Notes: a model not told the origin generated them from the letters alone. Counted from the first letter of the whole stretch, positions 24,917 through 39,060 are shown. The stretch is 63,386 bases of DNA, filler included, from Octopus bimaculoides (GCF_001194135.2; 7 parts of 7 records of this genome joined end to end with filler, not necessarily neighbours in it); one strand, 5' to 3'. Program-made: numbers and translations.

Positions 24917-26049
24917 TTTATTTAAAAGAAAGACAAAAGTGCTCATACTTCCACGACTACCCTGTTGATATTGAACTTCCAATGAAGGAACCATGGATCT
25001 ATGCTAGAAACGGCTCTTTTGTCATGGCAAATAATTAAGAAATACCGCTATAAAATGCCAACCTATTCAGGTACCTACCTACCTACATAATGCATACATA
25101 CTTACATACATACATACATACATACATACTTGTGCAAACATGCATACATACTTATATAATTGAATAAGTTGGAGTCAACAAGAAGTACTCCCTCTTGTCG
25201 GTTCCAACTTATTCAATTATCCATTCACACACTGCAGAAGCACCAACGCAAACCTGACAGTACGTATAACACTACCACTGGACAGCACAGGGTGAAATAT
25301 GATGGTGGAGGAGGCTTTATACTGTACTCTACAACGTTCTTAACAGAATATAACATAACTACATACTTATACACACACACACACACACACACACATACAA
25401 ACAATGTATATATACCACACATAGATTTGCTAACATAATATGGAGAAACAGATCTCTATGGATAGAGTCAAACATATCAGTTTTTACTCTATTAGCTGTG
25501 AAGCTACAGAAGTTACTCATGTAACATCACATCTGACATATATCCGTATATATACTTGTACATACGTACGCACAGACAAACACAGAGATACAGAGGTACA
25601 CACATACACAAATATAAACACATGCACACACACACTTGCCCACACAAACATACATTTATAATATATATTCTAATAAGAGTTATTTTTGCACCAACGGAAA
25701 GAACTAATTTTGTGTAAAGAAACATTCTCACATAAAACGCAGAAACACGCTCACACACAAACACTCACTTATTTGTATATACACGCGTATGTAAGTATAT
25801 ATAAAAGTATATACAAGCGTCTACACGCTAACGTAGCCACACTGCAGTCAGAGACAGAATAATATGTGTGCACGTACGTACAAATTAATATACCGAGGTA
25901 TACATATACCGCGATCACAACATTGAGTGAATCACTGTCTTTTAATATGCATACACACACACACACAAACATACCATATCTGTGTGGATGTATGTATATA
26001 TATACACACATATATATACATATATATATTTATATATACACAGACGCAT

Positions 26050-26081
<32 letters not shown>

Positions 26082-26499
26082 TTAAATATATACATATATT
26101 TATATATATACATTTATATATATAACTATATATGTAAACGTACATATATATATATATATGTTTAATTATATATACATATACATGCATATATATACACCCA
26201 CGGAGAGGCATACATAAAAACGTATGGATGTATAAACATGTATCCATATACATAGGCATACATGATATATATATATATTATAAATATGTATATATATTAC
26301 ATATATGCATATAAATATTCATGCATATATACACGCACACACACACATGTAGATATATAAACGTACTCATGTGGATATAATACATACACATATATATATN
26401 NNNNNNNNNNNNNNNNNNNNNNNNNNNNNNNNNNNNNNNNNNNTTAATTAATTAANNNNNNNNNNNNNNNNNNNNNNNNNNNNNNNNNNNNNNNNNNNN

Positions 26500-26830
26500 T
26501 CAAAAGATAGTGCTCATGGGAACTGCCCATATCCTACGTAAAATACTGTCTATGTGATCTCAAATTTTAAAGCAAACACAATTTTCTTATGGTTTCTTAA
26601 ACATTCACTTGAACAAAACTGTACAAATCCAAATATATGGTACCCTAGGCATAACCCCTACATGAACTTCTAACTTGTTGTCTCTTGAGGTCTCTGGGTG
26701 AGACTTGGATCCAACTTGTACAAATGCAAAACAAAAGTCAAACATAAAATAATTATAATAATAATAATAACAACAACAACAAAAACAACAACAACAACAA
26801 TAATAATAATAATAACAATAACAATACGAA
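26500..26830 (+). mobile_element. R4/Dong-type LINE 3' end with 3' UTR running into (TAA)n/(CAA)n
   Basis: QKIVLMGTAHILRKILSM-stop at 26500-26557 is a typical C-terminus of these elements; microsatellite at about 26750-26825. Confidence 0.65.
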
Positions 26831-26859
26831 AATACAAAATTTATCACTTTTATGAAGGT

Positions 26860-28330
26860 AGATACATTCTATTATATATGTTGAACGAAATTATGCAAGA
26901 AGTTCTGTGTAAACAGCATTCTTTGTTTTCTGGTTTGGAGCAGAGACAAATAAGTCTTGCACACTACCAACCCTAGAGCAACCAGCACAATGAGAAAAGC
27001 AACGTGCAATTAAGTGCAAACCAGCAGATTTTGAAGTCTGGCGTTGAGCTTTATTAATAGACATTGGGAAGCAAAGTCGCACTGTGAATTGTGTTCGTTT
27101 GAACTCAAATGACATGTCTCTTGGTTTCACTGGAATTCCTTGGAATGAAAACCTCATCACCTGAGGCACATCTAGTGACGATTGAAGCTTCTATCACATT
27201 AGTTTTTAATGTCTTCACAATCAACATTGTCCTATTGCACAATTCAGGAGGATCTAAATTTCTTAGAAGCGTTACTTGGACTTTAGAAAAAATTTGAGGA
27301 TGAGATCCAGTTGGCTCAAGAGAATAAAGGAACTTTTTTGAGTAATCAACAGCTAGATTTTCATCAAGGACTAAATCAAATGATTTGTACTCCTTAATGA
27401 CTGTTTGAGTCTTATTCGTTTATTCATGGTTAACTCTTGCTGCCGTCTCATTTTGGGGAGCAAGAATTGCCCTTTCACACAACCACTTATATGAATTATG
27501 ATTATTACATAAGTCCGGATATACCTTGTACTTCAATTCAGCTGGAGAATTCACCATGATAGCAATATGAGTAAAACTGATATTACCATTCCCATTAAAT
27601 TGTACTTTCCCATTTCCACATTGGGGGAGTCAGGTTGAAACCACTTCTGCACATTGCCCCCCCCCCATGTAATAAAGATCGCATGTTAGTATAGAAAGAG
27701 AATTTCTCTACTTTATTCCATAGGTGTGAATACTTAAAGCGTGCTTTTTCCCCTCAGTTATTGTTTCTCTTGGAACGACTAGTAAAGCCTGTCTGAAGTC
27801 TCCTGGTAAAAGTAAATGTACTCCTCCCTTAGATTTATTGCTGCCTCCTATGTCCTTCTCTTATAATATTGCTACCAAAGGAGGTCATTTCGAAAGCAGA
27901 ATTATAATTCCTAATGGTTTTGAAGAAGTTCGGACTCCTTGGTGTGCTTCCCAAAAGCAATGCCTTCAAAGTATCTACGGTTGTACCAAGCGTCGGTAAA
28001 ACAACCGTTCCTTCACCACAACAGATAGTGGTGGTTTCTCTTGTTTCTTTCCTTTAAAAAAATCTGCACTCTTTTGACATTGCTCCAATATAAATGTATG
28101 TCTCTGTAGAATACTCATATTTTGGATCATAGTTGAAAGCATCTTTTAAACGTTTTCTTCTTTCCATTTTTGACTCTTGTCTCCTGCGGATTGCATTTTC
28201 TTGACGTAATAGGTCTAACCGTTTTTCCTTTGTCTCTTGTGACTCATTGGCCTTGCGTGCAGCAACTCTGCTTCGGTCGTTTTCATGTCTTTCCTGTCTA
28301 CATCTACCCCGCCTCCTCTTCTAGAGAGTG
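26860..28330 (-). mobile_element. Helitron, internally deleted (N-terminal region joined to helicase C-terminus)
   Basis: N-terminal ICCGEG...FFKTIRNYNSAFEMTSFG; helicase SHLWNKVEKFSFYTNMR, CERAILAPKNE, LLRNLDPPELCNRT, FKRTQFTVRLCFPMSINKAQ. Confidence 0.88.
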
Positions 28331-29878
28331 AGGACAATTTTCTCGGAAACTTTTGAAAATGAAAATAGGGATTAAATGAAAAAATCTGTGAAAATCACGT
28401 GAATATCTTCACAAGACTAATTGAATAAATAGCTATTGTGGAATGCCGCACGCACACACACACACACACAGAGATACATATGCATACAGTATCGCGCATC
28501 AGGGTCCCTTTCTCTCCCACTTTTGCCCTCTCTTTAAACGACTACTATAGAAACTTGTTTTCACTCTTCTCTCTGTGTCTTTCTCTCGCTCACGCATATC
28601 CTCTCTCACCCTCTGTAATTGTTACTCTCTTTAATGTGTCTTTTTCTTTCTCTCTCTCCGGCTCTCTTTCTCTTTCTAACTCACTCAAACACACTATTTA
28701 CATTTCTCTATCTATCGGAAAACGTTGTGACGAATGAGGAGATGCAGAGGAAGTAAAGAGCCACTTTTTCACATTGCTTCTCTGTTTCTTTCTCTCCCTT
28801 TTCCCTCCCTCATTGGTATTATGTACAGGCATACAAATACACAGACATATGTTAATATACAGATATAGATGTGACGTCGTCGTTGTCGTAATATAAGATG
28901 TTGTTTACGTTAGTTGACATAGACATTTTATAATGTTAACATTTTGTAACGCAAATACGTAAATGAAAATAAAGTTTATATGGTAGCTGAAAGCTTTCTG
29001 AATCATTTGCTACCCCACACATCAGAATGGGCCAATAAATTTTCGAATGCATTAGGAACATATGCACACAAACACATACACATACACATACACACACACA
29101 TACACACACATACATACACACACACATACACTAACTCTACGATTGTAGTTGAATAATATTCTTAAGGCCGCAATTTATTCACATGCAGCATCTTTCAGAG
29201 CTTGTCGCTAATTCAGTTCTTAACCAAATGGAAAACTGCTAACATTTTTGAAAAGGTCTCGTCCATAGCTACATATGAGATTTGATCCAGTAGAAAAAGG
29301 TTTGCATCAAATTTTTTAGCGACGTTATAGGAGAGTAAGTAACGCCATCAATGAAGTTTAGATCTAAATAGATTTTTTTATTATTTTAAAAGTAGAATAT
29401 TTTTATTTAAGCTTCAATGATAGATGAAAGCGTGAAGAATTTCATAGTTTTGATCCTATGCAACAAACATTTGCACAAAAATAATTGGGATTTAAAATAT
29501 TATGAAAAAAATATAAGGCGAAACATTGGATTGAAGTATAATTAATTTTTTTCTTATTATAAATGCAGATTATATTTTAATTAATCGCAAATGATAGAGC
29601 TCAATTCGAGGAATTTCAGGGTATCAATCTCATGCAATGAAGTTTTAAAAGAAAAATGCTATAAGTGTTTGTTTATGAAATCTGAGGGTGATAATATATA
29701 CTTTTTTATGAATATAGTTTAAGGCGACTTTTGATATATATCACCGGCATCATCGAGGGAAGGAAAAAGCTATGAAGGACACTTCTAATTGACACATTTG
29801 GCACATTATTAATTAGCATAATAGCATAGCCTGGAAAGAACATGGATTACATGGAAAAGTGCGAGGAAGAAAGATAAT

Positions 29879-30065
29879 ACAGTTCTATATTTAAGAGATG
29901 AGGAATTATGTACATTATTTACATCATTTACATGCGACCAATATTTGTCCTCATCTTGTTTGTTGTTAACGCAACGTTTCGGCTGATATACCATCCAGCC
30001 TTCATCAAGTGTCTTGGGGAAATTTCGAACCTGGGTCCTCATTCCTAAGGTATTTTCCGATGTTC
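29879..30065 (-). mobile_element. Hammerhead-containing Penelope pseudo-LTR-like repeat, inverted relative to the adjacent Penelope ORF
   Basis: Homologous to 52768-52927, 53024-53132 and 62422-62580. Confidence 0.75.
29968..30013 (-). ncRNA. Minimal hammerhead motif, C3 mutated
   Basis: Minus strand GACAC-TTGATGA-A-GGCTG-gatggtatat-CAGCC-GAAAC-GT-T-GCGTT. Confidence 0.55.
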
Positions 30066-30109
30066 GTTAAGGTACTGGTGGCGAGTTATTTTTCCGGTGG
30101 TCAAGTTTG

Positions 30110-30920
30110 TCGTTTTGCCTGGATGGCTCAACCTGATACTATTGTGCATATTCAGACGCAAACAACCGTTACACACGACTCCAGGGATTGAAAACCACAC
30201 TAATCAACAGGAAGTACCCTCTACTCTTAATCGACAATACGATCAAACGAGTATTTAAATCATATACACAAGAAATTCGACAAACAAGACCAAATAAGGA
30301 AGAAAGATTGAAAACATTGCCTTACATTTCCACACCAAACCCACATAACAATGAGGCCTTCAACACTATACTCCACAGCACAGCTCTACTCAAGAGAAAC
30401 CCAAAGATGAATCAAATCCTCAAAACAATCAAAATCATCAAAAGTAAGAGACAACCAAAATCAATGGAGAATATTTTAACCCAGACCAAATTACACTCAA
30501 AATTAACCACTAAGCCGACAGTAAAAAAATGCGGGAGACCCAACTGTCGGATCTGTATCAACATAATAGAAGGATCAGAACAAGGCCATAATTTCACCAT
30601 AAAAACTAATTTTACATATGCATCGGAGAATTTGATTTACTTAATTAAATGCTCGGGATGCAAATGGCAATATATTGGAGACACAAAATGCAGCCAACGC
30701 CAGAGGATGGCGGTGCACAAATCTCAAATTAGGATTCCGGAATACAGGAAAATACCTGTCAGCTAGTACGTCGATGAATGTGCATCCAACAAATTTCCAA
30801 ATTCACAACGTTTCCACTTCACAAATCCAAAGACAACGCTAGCCATAATGAACCCATTACCAAGCAAATAGATTTCATAAGAAAATATCGACCAAGTCTA
30901 AATTGTCTAAACTAGCAACA
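30110..30920 (+). mobile_element. Penelope-like element (Neptune-like), 5' truncated: RT thumb, Cys linker, GIY-YIG
   Basis: ORF 30188-30766: TLPYISTPNPHN, KCGRPNCRICINI, SENLIYLIKCSGCKWQYIGDT...RMAVHKSQIR. Confidence 0.88.
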
Positions 30921-30992
30921 CTGAGATTTTCTCATATCAATGCAGGTGAATACTTATGTATGTATGTGTGTATATATGTGTATGTGAGTGTT

Positions 30993-31099
<107 letters not shown>

Positions 31100-31121
31100 A
31101 TGAGTGATACTTATATATGTA

Positions 31122-31163
<42 letters not shown>

Positions 31164-31279
31164 ACACTCATATACATATATATATACACACATACATATA
31201 TATATATACATACATACATATACACTCACATACATATATATATACACATACATACTTAAGTATTCACTGAGTATTCAAG

Positions 31280-31720
31280 AGCAGACATCTGGAGAACTTA
31301 TGTTTTGTACCATTCTCTCCTCATTAAATCTTAACCGAACCTATTTTTCGAAATTCCAAACTCTAATTTCGCACATCATAAATAATAGTCCATTTGTAAT
31401 AAACCTTCGATTAAAAATTTTGTACTCTACCACACCAGACTCGGAATCTATAATTGCCTCTCCCGATAGGTGCAAAATTAGTCTTGACGAACAATCTGTC
31501 AAGACCCCACCCAAAACTGTTAGATGCTTATTCTATGTGCATCGTCAATCGTAACCACTTCAATGATAACAACTTTGGTAATATCCCCACTAGCACTAGA
31601 AACCTAAGACATATAAGAGTGGTGACGCCCTCTCCCATTCCCATACTAGTAACAATAACACATCTACTACTTCGAGGATAACTTATCAAATGCTTCAGCT
31701 GAAAATACGGATTGAACCTA
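31280..31720 (+). mobile_element. Possible highly decayed Naiad-type PLE linker fragment
   Basis: NLRLKILYSTTPDSESIIAS resembles the KVSYS...NM.SII linker; otherwise weak. Confidence 0.3.
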
Positions 31721-31729
31721 AGCCGGCCT

Positions 31730-32690
31730 CTTGCTGGGATACCTGTAATTTTTCCGTTCGTTATGCCCGTTAGATGGATTTTGTTTACGCTTCGTTGTCG
31801 TGCATAAATGCCGAACAATATGCCCGAGTTTTCATGAGGCAAGGCCTACATTGTTGGCACTGTTGGCTTCAAGCGTCGTTACTGTGCTCAGCTGAATTAA
31901 TTCTCAAACGAAGCTTCTAAATTTTCTATTTCTTTTTGGTCCATGCATAGACTACCTGAAGTCTAAGGATATTCCCTATTCCTTATCCTGCTCCGTAGTT
32001 TATGGGTCTTCCCCGTACAATACCAACCACCATGTTTGTTAATTGTGCTTCAAGCAATCTCTCTCTTTTCTTTATTATAATAATACCACTTATCACAGTA
32101 GGTTCACTAACAATCTCTCTCGTGTAAGTTCTACTTTTATTCTCTATTTTCCCATTACGTAAATTCTGTTGATTTGCCCTAATTACGATCGAGCGCTTAC
32201 ATTTTAACCATGCTAGCAGTATTTTCTTTTTCCATCGTCTTTTTCCTTATTCTCCTTACCTTAACATACATTCCTCCTCCCCTACCTCTACCGTTTTCCT
32301 TTCGATGATTGATCGTCTCTTCCAGTATCTCTGTAGAGTCAATTGCAATCCGTAAACGATATATTGTTTGCTTAGTGAGATTCCTTTGACCACCAGTGGC
32401 ACTCTCTTCCATCACACTGTTCTTAACCTCGCTTTAATCTTCCCGTGTCCCCTTCATGTATACTATGATTGTTCAAACTACCTTCGTCATAGAAATCCTC
32501 TTCACTCCATCAGCTGTACATCTCTACTTTTCTACCTTCGTTCATCTTTTCTACATCATATATATTCCACTCCCTGTCCTTGCCTTCTCCTTCTATTGAA
32601 CAGTTTACATCTCTGGCACTACTATATGAACCATTATTGCCCAATTTGTCTTGATAAGGGGCCTGATTATTGTAATGTCTCTATATAACA
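31730..32690 (-). mobile_element. Highly decayed RTE-like LINE fragment
   Basis: FGIYARQRSVNKIHLTGITNGKITGIPARGR resembles the RTE C-terminal GHI.R...GK..GKR.RGRP motif; ATGGQRNL...RL resembles RT region 4. Confidence 0.4.
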
Positions 32691-35283
32691 CTTTACTGGG
32701 TGCATGGCCAAGATATTTTACATGTCGCAGTTGCAAATCACGAATATTATGATAATCAGAAACTTCTGAAATTTCTATATATATATATATTTTTCTTTTG
32801 GCATTTTGCGCTTATATACTTCTATATACAAAGTGTATTTGTATATGGTGTGCTGAATAGTTTCTGGCTTTGTGTTAAAGAAAATACGGCAGGATAAGTT
32901 TTGATTTTATTCAACATATTCCCCTCTCAGATTCACACAATTATTGCAGTAGTCCTTTAGTTTTCCTAAGCCCTATAAAAGAACTCGGAAAGTTTGATCC
33001 CAACACCTTTCACGACACCCTTAAAGCCATTAAGCTCTCAGAACCCCCTCGTATATCTCTCTAACACTTAAGTTATGTATGTCTCTTCTGTACAATTTAG
33101 CCGTATGTGTTTTCGTGCATTCATGATACTATCATTATTTTATGCTTACTTTTTTTTTTACTGTCCTTTACTCGTCACAAGTCTTCCCCTTATAATCTAA
33201 TTCACTCTATCTTCGTCAATGCAATTGGAAACTAATAATATTCTTTAATATGGATATTCGTTACCTCTTCCTCTCTGAAGACGGCTAGTTGGCTTTTATA
33301 TGCACATTTTAGTTCATTGAGATAAGCACAGATATTGTAGAATCATCTGTAGGAGGATTCTCTTATTTATGGTAACTCTTACGCGAGAAACGCCATTGTA
33401 GCTACTCTATAATTATGTTTAAATCAAATTCCCAGTTCTGAAGTGATACCACATGCTTTGACAGATCTTGATTATTATTAGGATAATCTCTTAATCTCAA
33501 GGTCTATTCCGGCCAACGCTGCCGAGAGCGCTATACCATTTGTATGTGGAAAATATTCCTAGAGCACTGCTCATACATAGCTGCCTCATACGTAGCTGCC
33601 CCAACTCTCCCTATTTCCTTCATTTTAACTTCATGCATCATTGTGATTGTACTGTTAGTCACACGGTTTCTTTAACGGTTACTGTAACAGCGAAACGATA
33701 TAGTTATATGACAGAATGCATTCAATCAGAATGCTACATACTTCTACAGAAACATGGACATGCCTAGCTTCAAGCCTAACCTTAACATTTTGATGTAAAA
33801 ATTCATGTTTTTCAAAAAATAGCTGTATAAACTGACTACAGCTGTTAAATGTATTAGATCAGCAGAAACATTTCTAGAAGTGCTTCCGATACTTTTTATA
33901 ATTTATACATTTAGGGAAAATTGTTGTCTCAACTCTCCCTGTGTCTCAACGCTCCCAAGTTTCCCATGCCAGTAAACCAATTTCAGTTCCTCGATTTTAA
34001 TGTACATTCAACAAAATAATTCATCGTTATTCCAAAAAGCATTTCCCCTCCATTTTCGAATCAAATTTTTACTCATTGAACACTCTTCCTAAACCTGTTT
34101 TATATTCACTTAGTTACCTTTTTTCAGCATTTGTTATTGCGCTAATATTTTGGAATTTCTTTTGAAATGCTTCCATGCTTCTTTGAACACGTATGTCAGT
34201 GATACATAAACAATATATAACCTTCAGAATAAGTGAACCTACATTCTAACATATCGGCGCTGCAACAGAGAACATGTAAATCTAGAATTACAAATAGTTA
34301 TTTAGAAGGTTAATTCTCTATCGATTTTCTCCTAACAAGCTATTTTATTTTTTGCTCAATTCTCAATACACTGTTGACAATTTGTGTTATAATGTTCGCG
34401 ATGAAAATGAAACTGTACGTATCAAATTATTGCTAGTTTACTCCATCTGCTACAATGAAAATGTTGTAATATCAATAGACTTGTCAGTTATTCTCCTCTT
34501 TAAATAAGATCGAGTGACCTTCGAAAGTTATATTTCCTCGGCAAATCGATACACAGACACACAGCATTTATTGAAAACAAAGTGATGAATGAAACGGCTA
34601 TAATTATCATTGCTAACAATTATTATTAACGATTCTTTACAATGGTAACAATCAATAGAAATATCTAACATTATCAATTAGTCGCTATTGATGAAGGCAA
34701 AAAACACTGTTCTGGAAATGAATACAAATAAAATACTGTAATATATGGAACTACCATAACAACGCAAAATCAAGTGCAGGGGCAAAGGAAAGTTTCTGTA
34801 GATCTGTTAAGTAGCTCTCCACTGATTGGAAACATAATGCTGCTCTCTATAATATATTAGGACAATTTGGTTTAGTTCACGCATAAATTCTACCGCTGCT
34901 TAATAATCTATTATATTTCATAGTTGACAAATTTCCCTTTTACATGCTGACTATACTTTACATTTCTGTATGATTTTCGTGGATGTTTAATGGTGTTAAG
35001 AGCTTACAATCCTTACGTACAAAAATAATCCTCAGTAAATCTATACGCTGTGAAATGTTTTACTGTCAAAAGAATATCTTGTCTTTTCTTATATAAATGA
35101 GTCCATTGTGCATTGTATTATTTCTTTATTTTTGGCGATAATCAAATAGTTCCAAGTGACTTGACTCTTGCAGCAAAGAGATCACTGTACCATACATATG
35201 TTCCATTAATGAGTCAAGATTTCCTTCCACAAACTGAGTATGACCGTTCTTCCACTAAACTAAAATCATTTTATTTATTCCAG

Positions 35284-35323
35284 ATAAATGAATCTGACAA
35301 CTCAAACTATAAAAGAACTATTG
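35284..35323 (+). CDS. Candidate upstream exon of the collagen C4-like gene (INESDNSNYKRTI, phase 0 to 1)
   Basis: Acceptor tttatttattccag, strong donor G|gtaagt, open frame; phase-1 end fits the phase-1 start of exon 44033. No homology support. Confidence 0.4.
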
Positions 35324-36087
35324 GTAAGTTTAAATGATTTGATTATATAATGTATTTTTCGAACTTCTTGCTGAATAAGAATGCAGTAGTTATGAAGGTT
35401 TCAAATTATGAAAACAGGAGGATGATATGATTCATATATGAAGATCATATGAAGATTATATGAAGATCAAATGTATTTCTGTTGAAAACCAGAAAATATA
35501 TTGCTCTAAAATTTACAAAATCACACGTTAAATAAATGCAATTTTTAATGTTTTTAATGGACCTGGACATCGAAATGCAAACTTTTGTTCATCATTTGAT
35601 ATTTGTGTCATACCATAAATGCTTATAATGGAATGATGCATATCAGCAATAATTTGCTGCAAACATAAATATTTTTTTCTGGCTATATAATACAGAAAAT
35701 AGAATATTTTTATGTTTCGCAATATCACGACCAAGAATTAGATAACACCAGGGAAGTTAAGTTTTCCAACATAGATATTGATATTTGGTGTTAGTTGCAT
35801 AAAAACTTATGTATGTTTATTCGTGGAATGCGTTCTGATACTGAATATAAAATCTCGGAAGAAAGATTATTGCAAAGTTTTCACTCACGAACACATACCT
35901 ACATAAGAGTACATACTAATGTCTTTCTCAATTAGGGGCGATTTAAGCAACCTGAAATATCACTCTCGTAGTGTCAGACTAAGGGACCTATATTTACAGA
36001 CGATAATTTGAATCTATGATAAAAATATTTACATTAAATTTCAAATAATCAAGAATCGAACAAAAGACTGTACACACACATACACGG

Positions 36088-36121
<34 letters not shown>

Positions 36122-36389
36122 GCATGTATATATTCATATATGTATGTATGTATAATTATACTTCTAAAACATTTAGTCGTCTAATGCTCTATATTGTATA
36201 GTATGGTGTGTAATGTAGAATAAAGTGAAAACTTCATGCCCTTCGGAAAGAAATTCGTGTAAACTACAACGCATACATACCTGTATTTATATATGGGTCT
36301 AGATAAATACATATATATACATATTTTCCTGTAAAGAGACACAGACAGAGGGTCAGATAAACCGAAAGACTAAGATACTATTATTTTTT

Positions 36390-36782
36390 CAACTCTCGGG
36401 GCAAGGCCCGAAATTTTGGGGGAGGGGGCCATTCGATTAGATCGACCCTAGTATGCAACTGGTATTTAATTTAATGACCTCGAAAGGATGAAAAGTAAAG
36501 TCGACCTCGGCGGAATTTGAATTCAGAACATAAAGATAGACGAAATACCTATTTCGTTATTGCCCACAAGGGGCTAAACATAGAGGGAACAAACAAGAAC
36601 AGACGAACGGATTAAGTCGATTATATCGAAACCAGTGCGTAACTGGTACTTAATTTATCGACCCCGAAAGGATGAAAGGCAAAGTCGACCTCGGCGGAAT
36701 TTGAACTCAGAACGTAACGGCAGACGAAATACCGCTAAGCATTTCGCCTGGCGTGCTAACGATTCTGCCAGCTCGCCGCCTT
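36390..36782 (-). mobile_element. Tandem tRNA-derived SINEs (third family) with conserved central domain
   Basis: Two copies of cgaccccgaaaggatgaaag.caaagtcgacctcggcggaatttgaactcagaac; also at 45915-46325, 54885-55085 and 63060-63290. Confidence 0.8.
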
Positions 36783-36939
36783 TCTAAGATGCTCTTATTG
36801 AGAAAGAGAGAGCAGCGCATGCCTTCAAACGTGTACAAATATACAAAGTGCAATATACCCGTCATGACTAAACGTCTGATACTATTATTATTAATATGAC
36901 TTTTTTCTTGTTTCTTCACGTTTTCTGCCAGGTGTGTGG

Positions 36940-38420
36940 GCGTGCAAGCAAAGAAGGCTACGCGTTCAGACTAATAGTGGTCTATGCAATACATTGATAG
37001 TGAGAGTGGTTAGGAAACCTGGTACGTGTAGGGCTTCAATCAATTTAGATTAATCGATAGCTTTCGATAGTGTCGACCACCGATATCTGGCTGCAGTCCT
37101 CAGAGCGGCCGACTTTGGTCCGGTTTTCAGGGGTCTTATCTCGACAATTTACGGTGCCATCTCCTCGGTGATCAAAGTCAATGGCCACCTATCGGAATCG
37201 TTTAGTATTTTGCGCTCGGTCCGCCAAGGTTGCGAGCTCTTGCCTCTTGTGTATATGTTGAGCTTAGAGCTACTCTTATGGAAATTGGAGACATTGAGCG
37301 GTATGATGCTTGAGCTAGAATGCGAGAGAAACGTGTCGCCGTATGCTGATGACGCCACGCGCATCAGGCAATCGGTACCGCTCTAAATGAATATGAAGCT
37401 TTGACAGGGACGAAGATTAACCCGGACAGATCTGTAGGCTAGCAGCTCGGCACCTGGATAGGCAGGTATTTGCTGTCTAACAGTGTCCAACAGCTGGACA
37501 GACGGACCGGTTAAGCTACTCACGATCTGGTACGTCTCAGACCTCGAAGTGGACAAGAATTAGGATGAGATCATGATTCGAGTAGCCAAACTAATCCAGA
37601 AATGGACTGTCAGCTATTAACGCCTGACCGTCGTCCCTTGCCTCGAGTCACACCTGAACAATTTGGAGCGTATATTCTTTCACTTTTTTTGGAAGGAGCG
37701 CGATCCTCTTGACAGGTGGTCCATCTGCTGACAACATCCACTGAACGGAGGGCTGGGCTTGCCGTAATTGCTGATTCGCAGCTATGCGCTGAAGCTGCGG
37801 CATTTCCAGCGTTTCCTTAATGGTGAGCATGTGTGGTCGCCCTTCTTCAGACCTGCTTTTCCTCAACTCGTCCTGGGACAAGCAGAGACCGAGGGAGGGC
37901 TAGTGACGCCTTGAGCGTTGACAAACTATCTTAGATCTCGACCAGTCGGGCTATGGGGTCTCTGGAAATTCTACGTTGGCGTCCTATAGGAGGTTAGTAC
38001 GGGATAGGTTCTACGAAATCCTTGGAGAGATTCTGGACTTCGATGAGAAACAAATGGCCAAAATTTTCCGGAGTGTTTTCGTGCCGTGACCTATGGGTAA
38101 CGTCCAGAAATCCCTGGTCCAGCAGCGCTACTGTGGAGCGTTATTGGTTCAGGATGAACAGCAAAGACACGGAAGTGCCGTCAGTTACAGCTGCCAGAGA
38201 TGTGCACAGAGCAGTGAATACTTCCTGCACGCACTCGTCCAGTGCCTCAAATTTCTGACATGCGGATTTATGTCGAGCATTTGTTGGCGCGCGTCACACG
38301 GATCTGGTCATCAACCGAGTCTTTTGTTGAGATTATTCTTCATTCCTTTGGTCGGTTCATTCTTGCCACATTGTCTAGGCGTCTTTTGTATTCTCGTTGT
38401 GCCAATTTCGGGCATTCGCT
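36940..38420 (+). mobile_element. L1/Tx1-clade LINE RT and C-terminal CCHC remnant
   Basis: AFDSVDHRYL, VNGHLSESFSILRSVRQGCELLPL, PYADDAT, CQRCAQSSEYFLHALVQC. Confidence 0.82.
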
Positions 38421-38619
38421 AACGATCTGCCGTACAATTTCACGAATCTCAACACACATTCTGCATTTGTCGCTGTCGGTAGTATTCTCTATTCTGCACT
38501 TAACTTAGTTGGTCCTTAACAGTTGTTCCTGACCTGCGAATATGAATGCTTCTGTCTCTATCTACATGTCACACCTCCTCATCCATAACCACTAGCCCTC
38601 TGTATGTGCCTTTCTTATA

Positions 38620-39060
38620 ATTTGTTTCGGCTCCTTGAGACTTAAAATTTCGACAACAGACGTAAAACCACACCGACACAGCCCCAACCTGCAACTCCTG
38701 AAACGCTAGCACCTGCCCTCTAGGGGGATCCTGCATCTAAAGTGCTGTAATATACACAGCTCCCATTACACCATCCCATGAAATTATTAGGCAGTATATG
38801 GGAATGCATGACAGCCAATAACTTCAAGAAAAAGTACTGCCAGCACTTGCGTTAATTTAGATCCTGTGACAGAGAGAACACCTCTTCACTGTCGCGCTTT
38901 CTCGGGAGACATCGTGACCTCCGAAACGAAACTCCTAGCCTCAAGTGGACTATTTTCGACAGGGAGCCACCATATTCAACCGGCGACTCGAACTGCCAGC
39001 CTTGCCTCCGCGTAAAACTGCATGTCATCTTCCAACCCGAGAGTATCCATCAACGAGAAA
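38620..39060 (+). mobile_element. Naiad-type PLE GIY-YIG fragment
   Basis: TCPLGGSCI...VIYTA, YMGM, TANNFKKKYCQH across frameshifts. Confidence 0.6.

Noticed and set aside
24985-25015. caatgaaggaacc...ctagaaacggctc hammerhead-like spacing
   Set aside because: Core and stem III are too degenerate in this copy to support a call.
33275-33400. CTGAAGA and a distant GAAACGCC
   Set aside because: No convincing stem I, II or III pairing by eye.
38690-38710. In-frame TGA in a Naiad Cys-rich linker as possible selenocysteine (Sec-encoding Naiads have been reported)
   Set aside because: tgc aac tcc tga aligns to C-N-C-R, so TGA is best explained as CpG decay of CGA; the copy is frameshifted and I see no SECIS.
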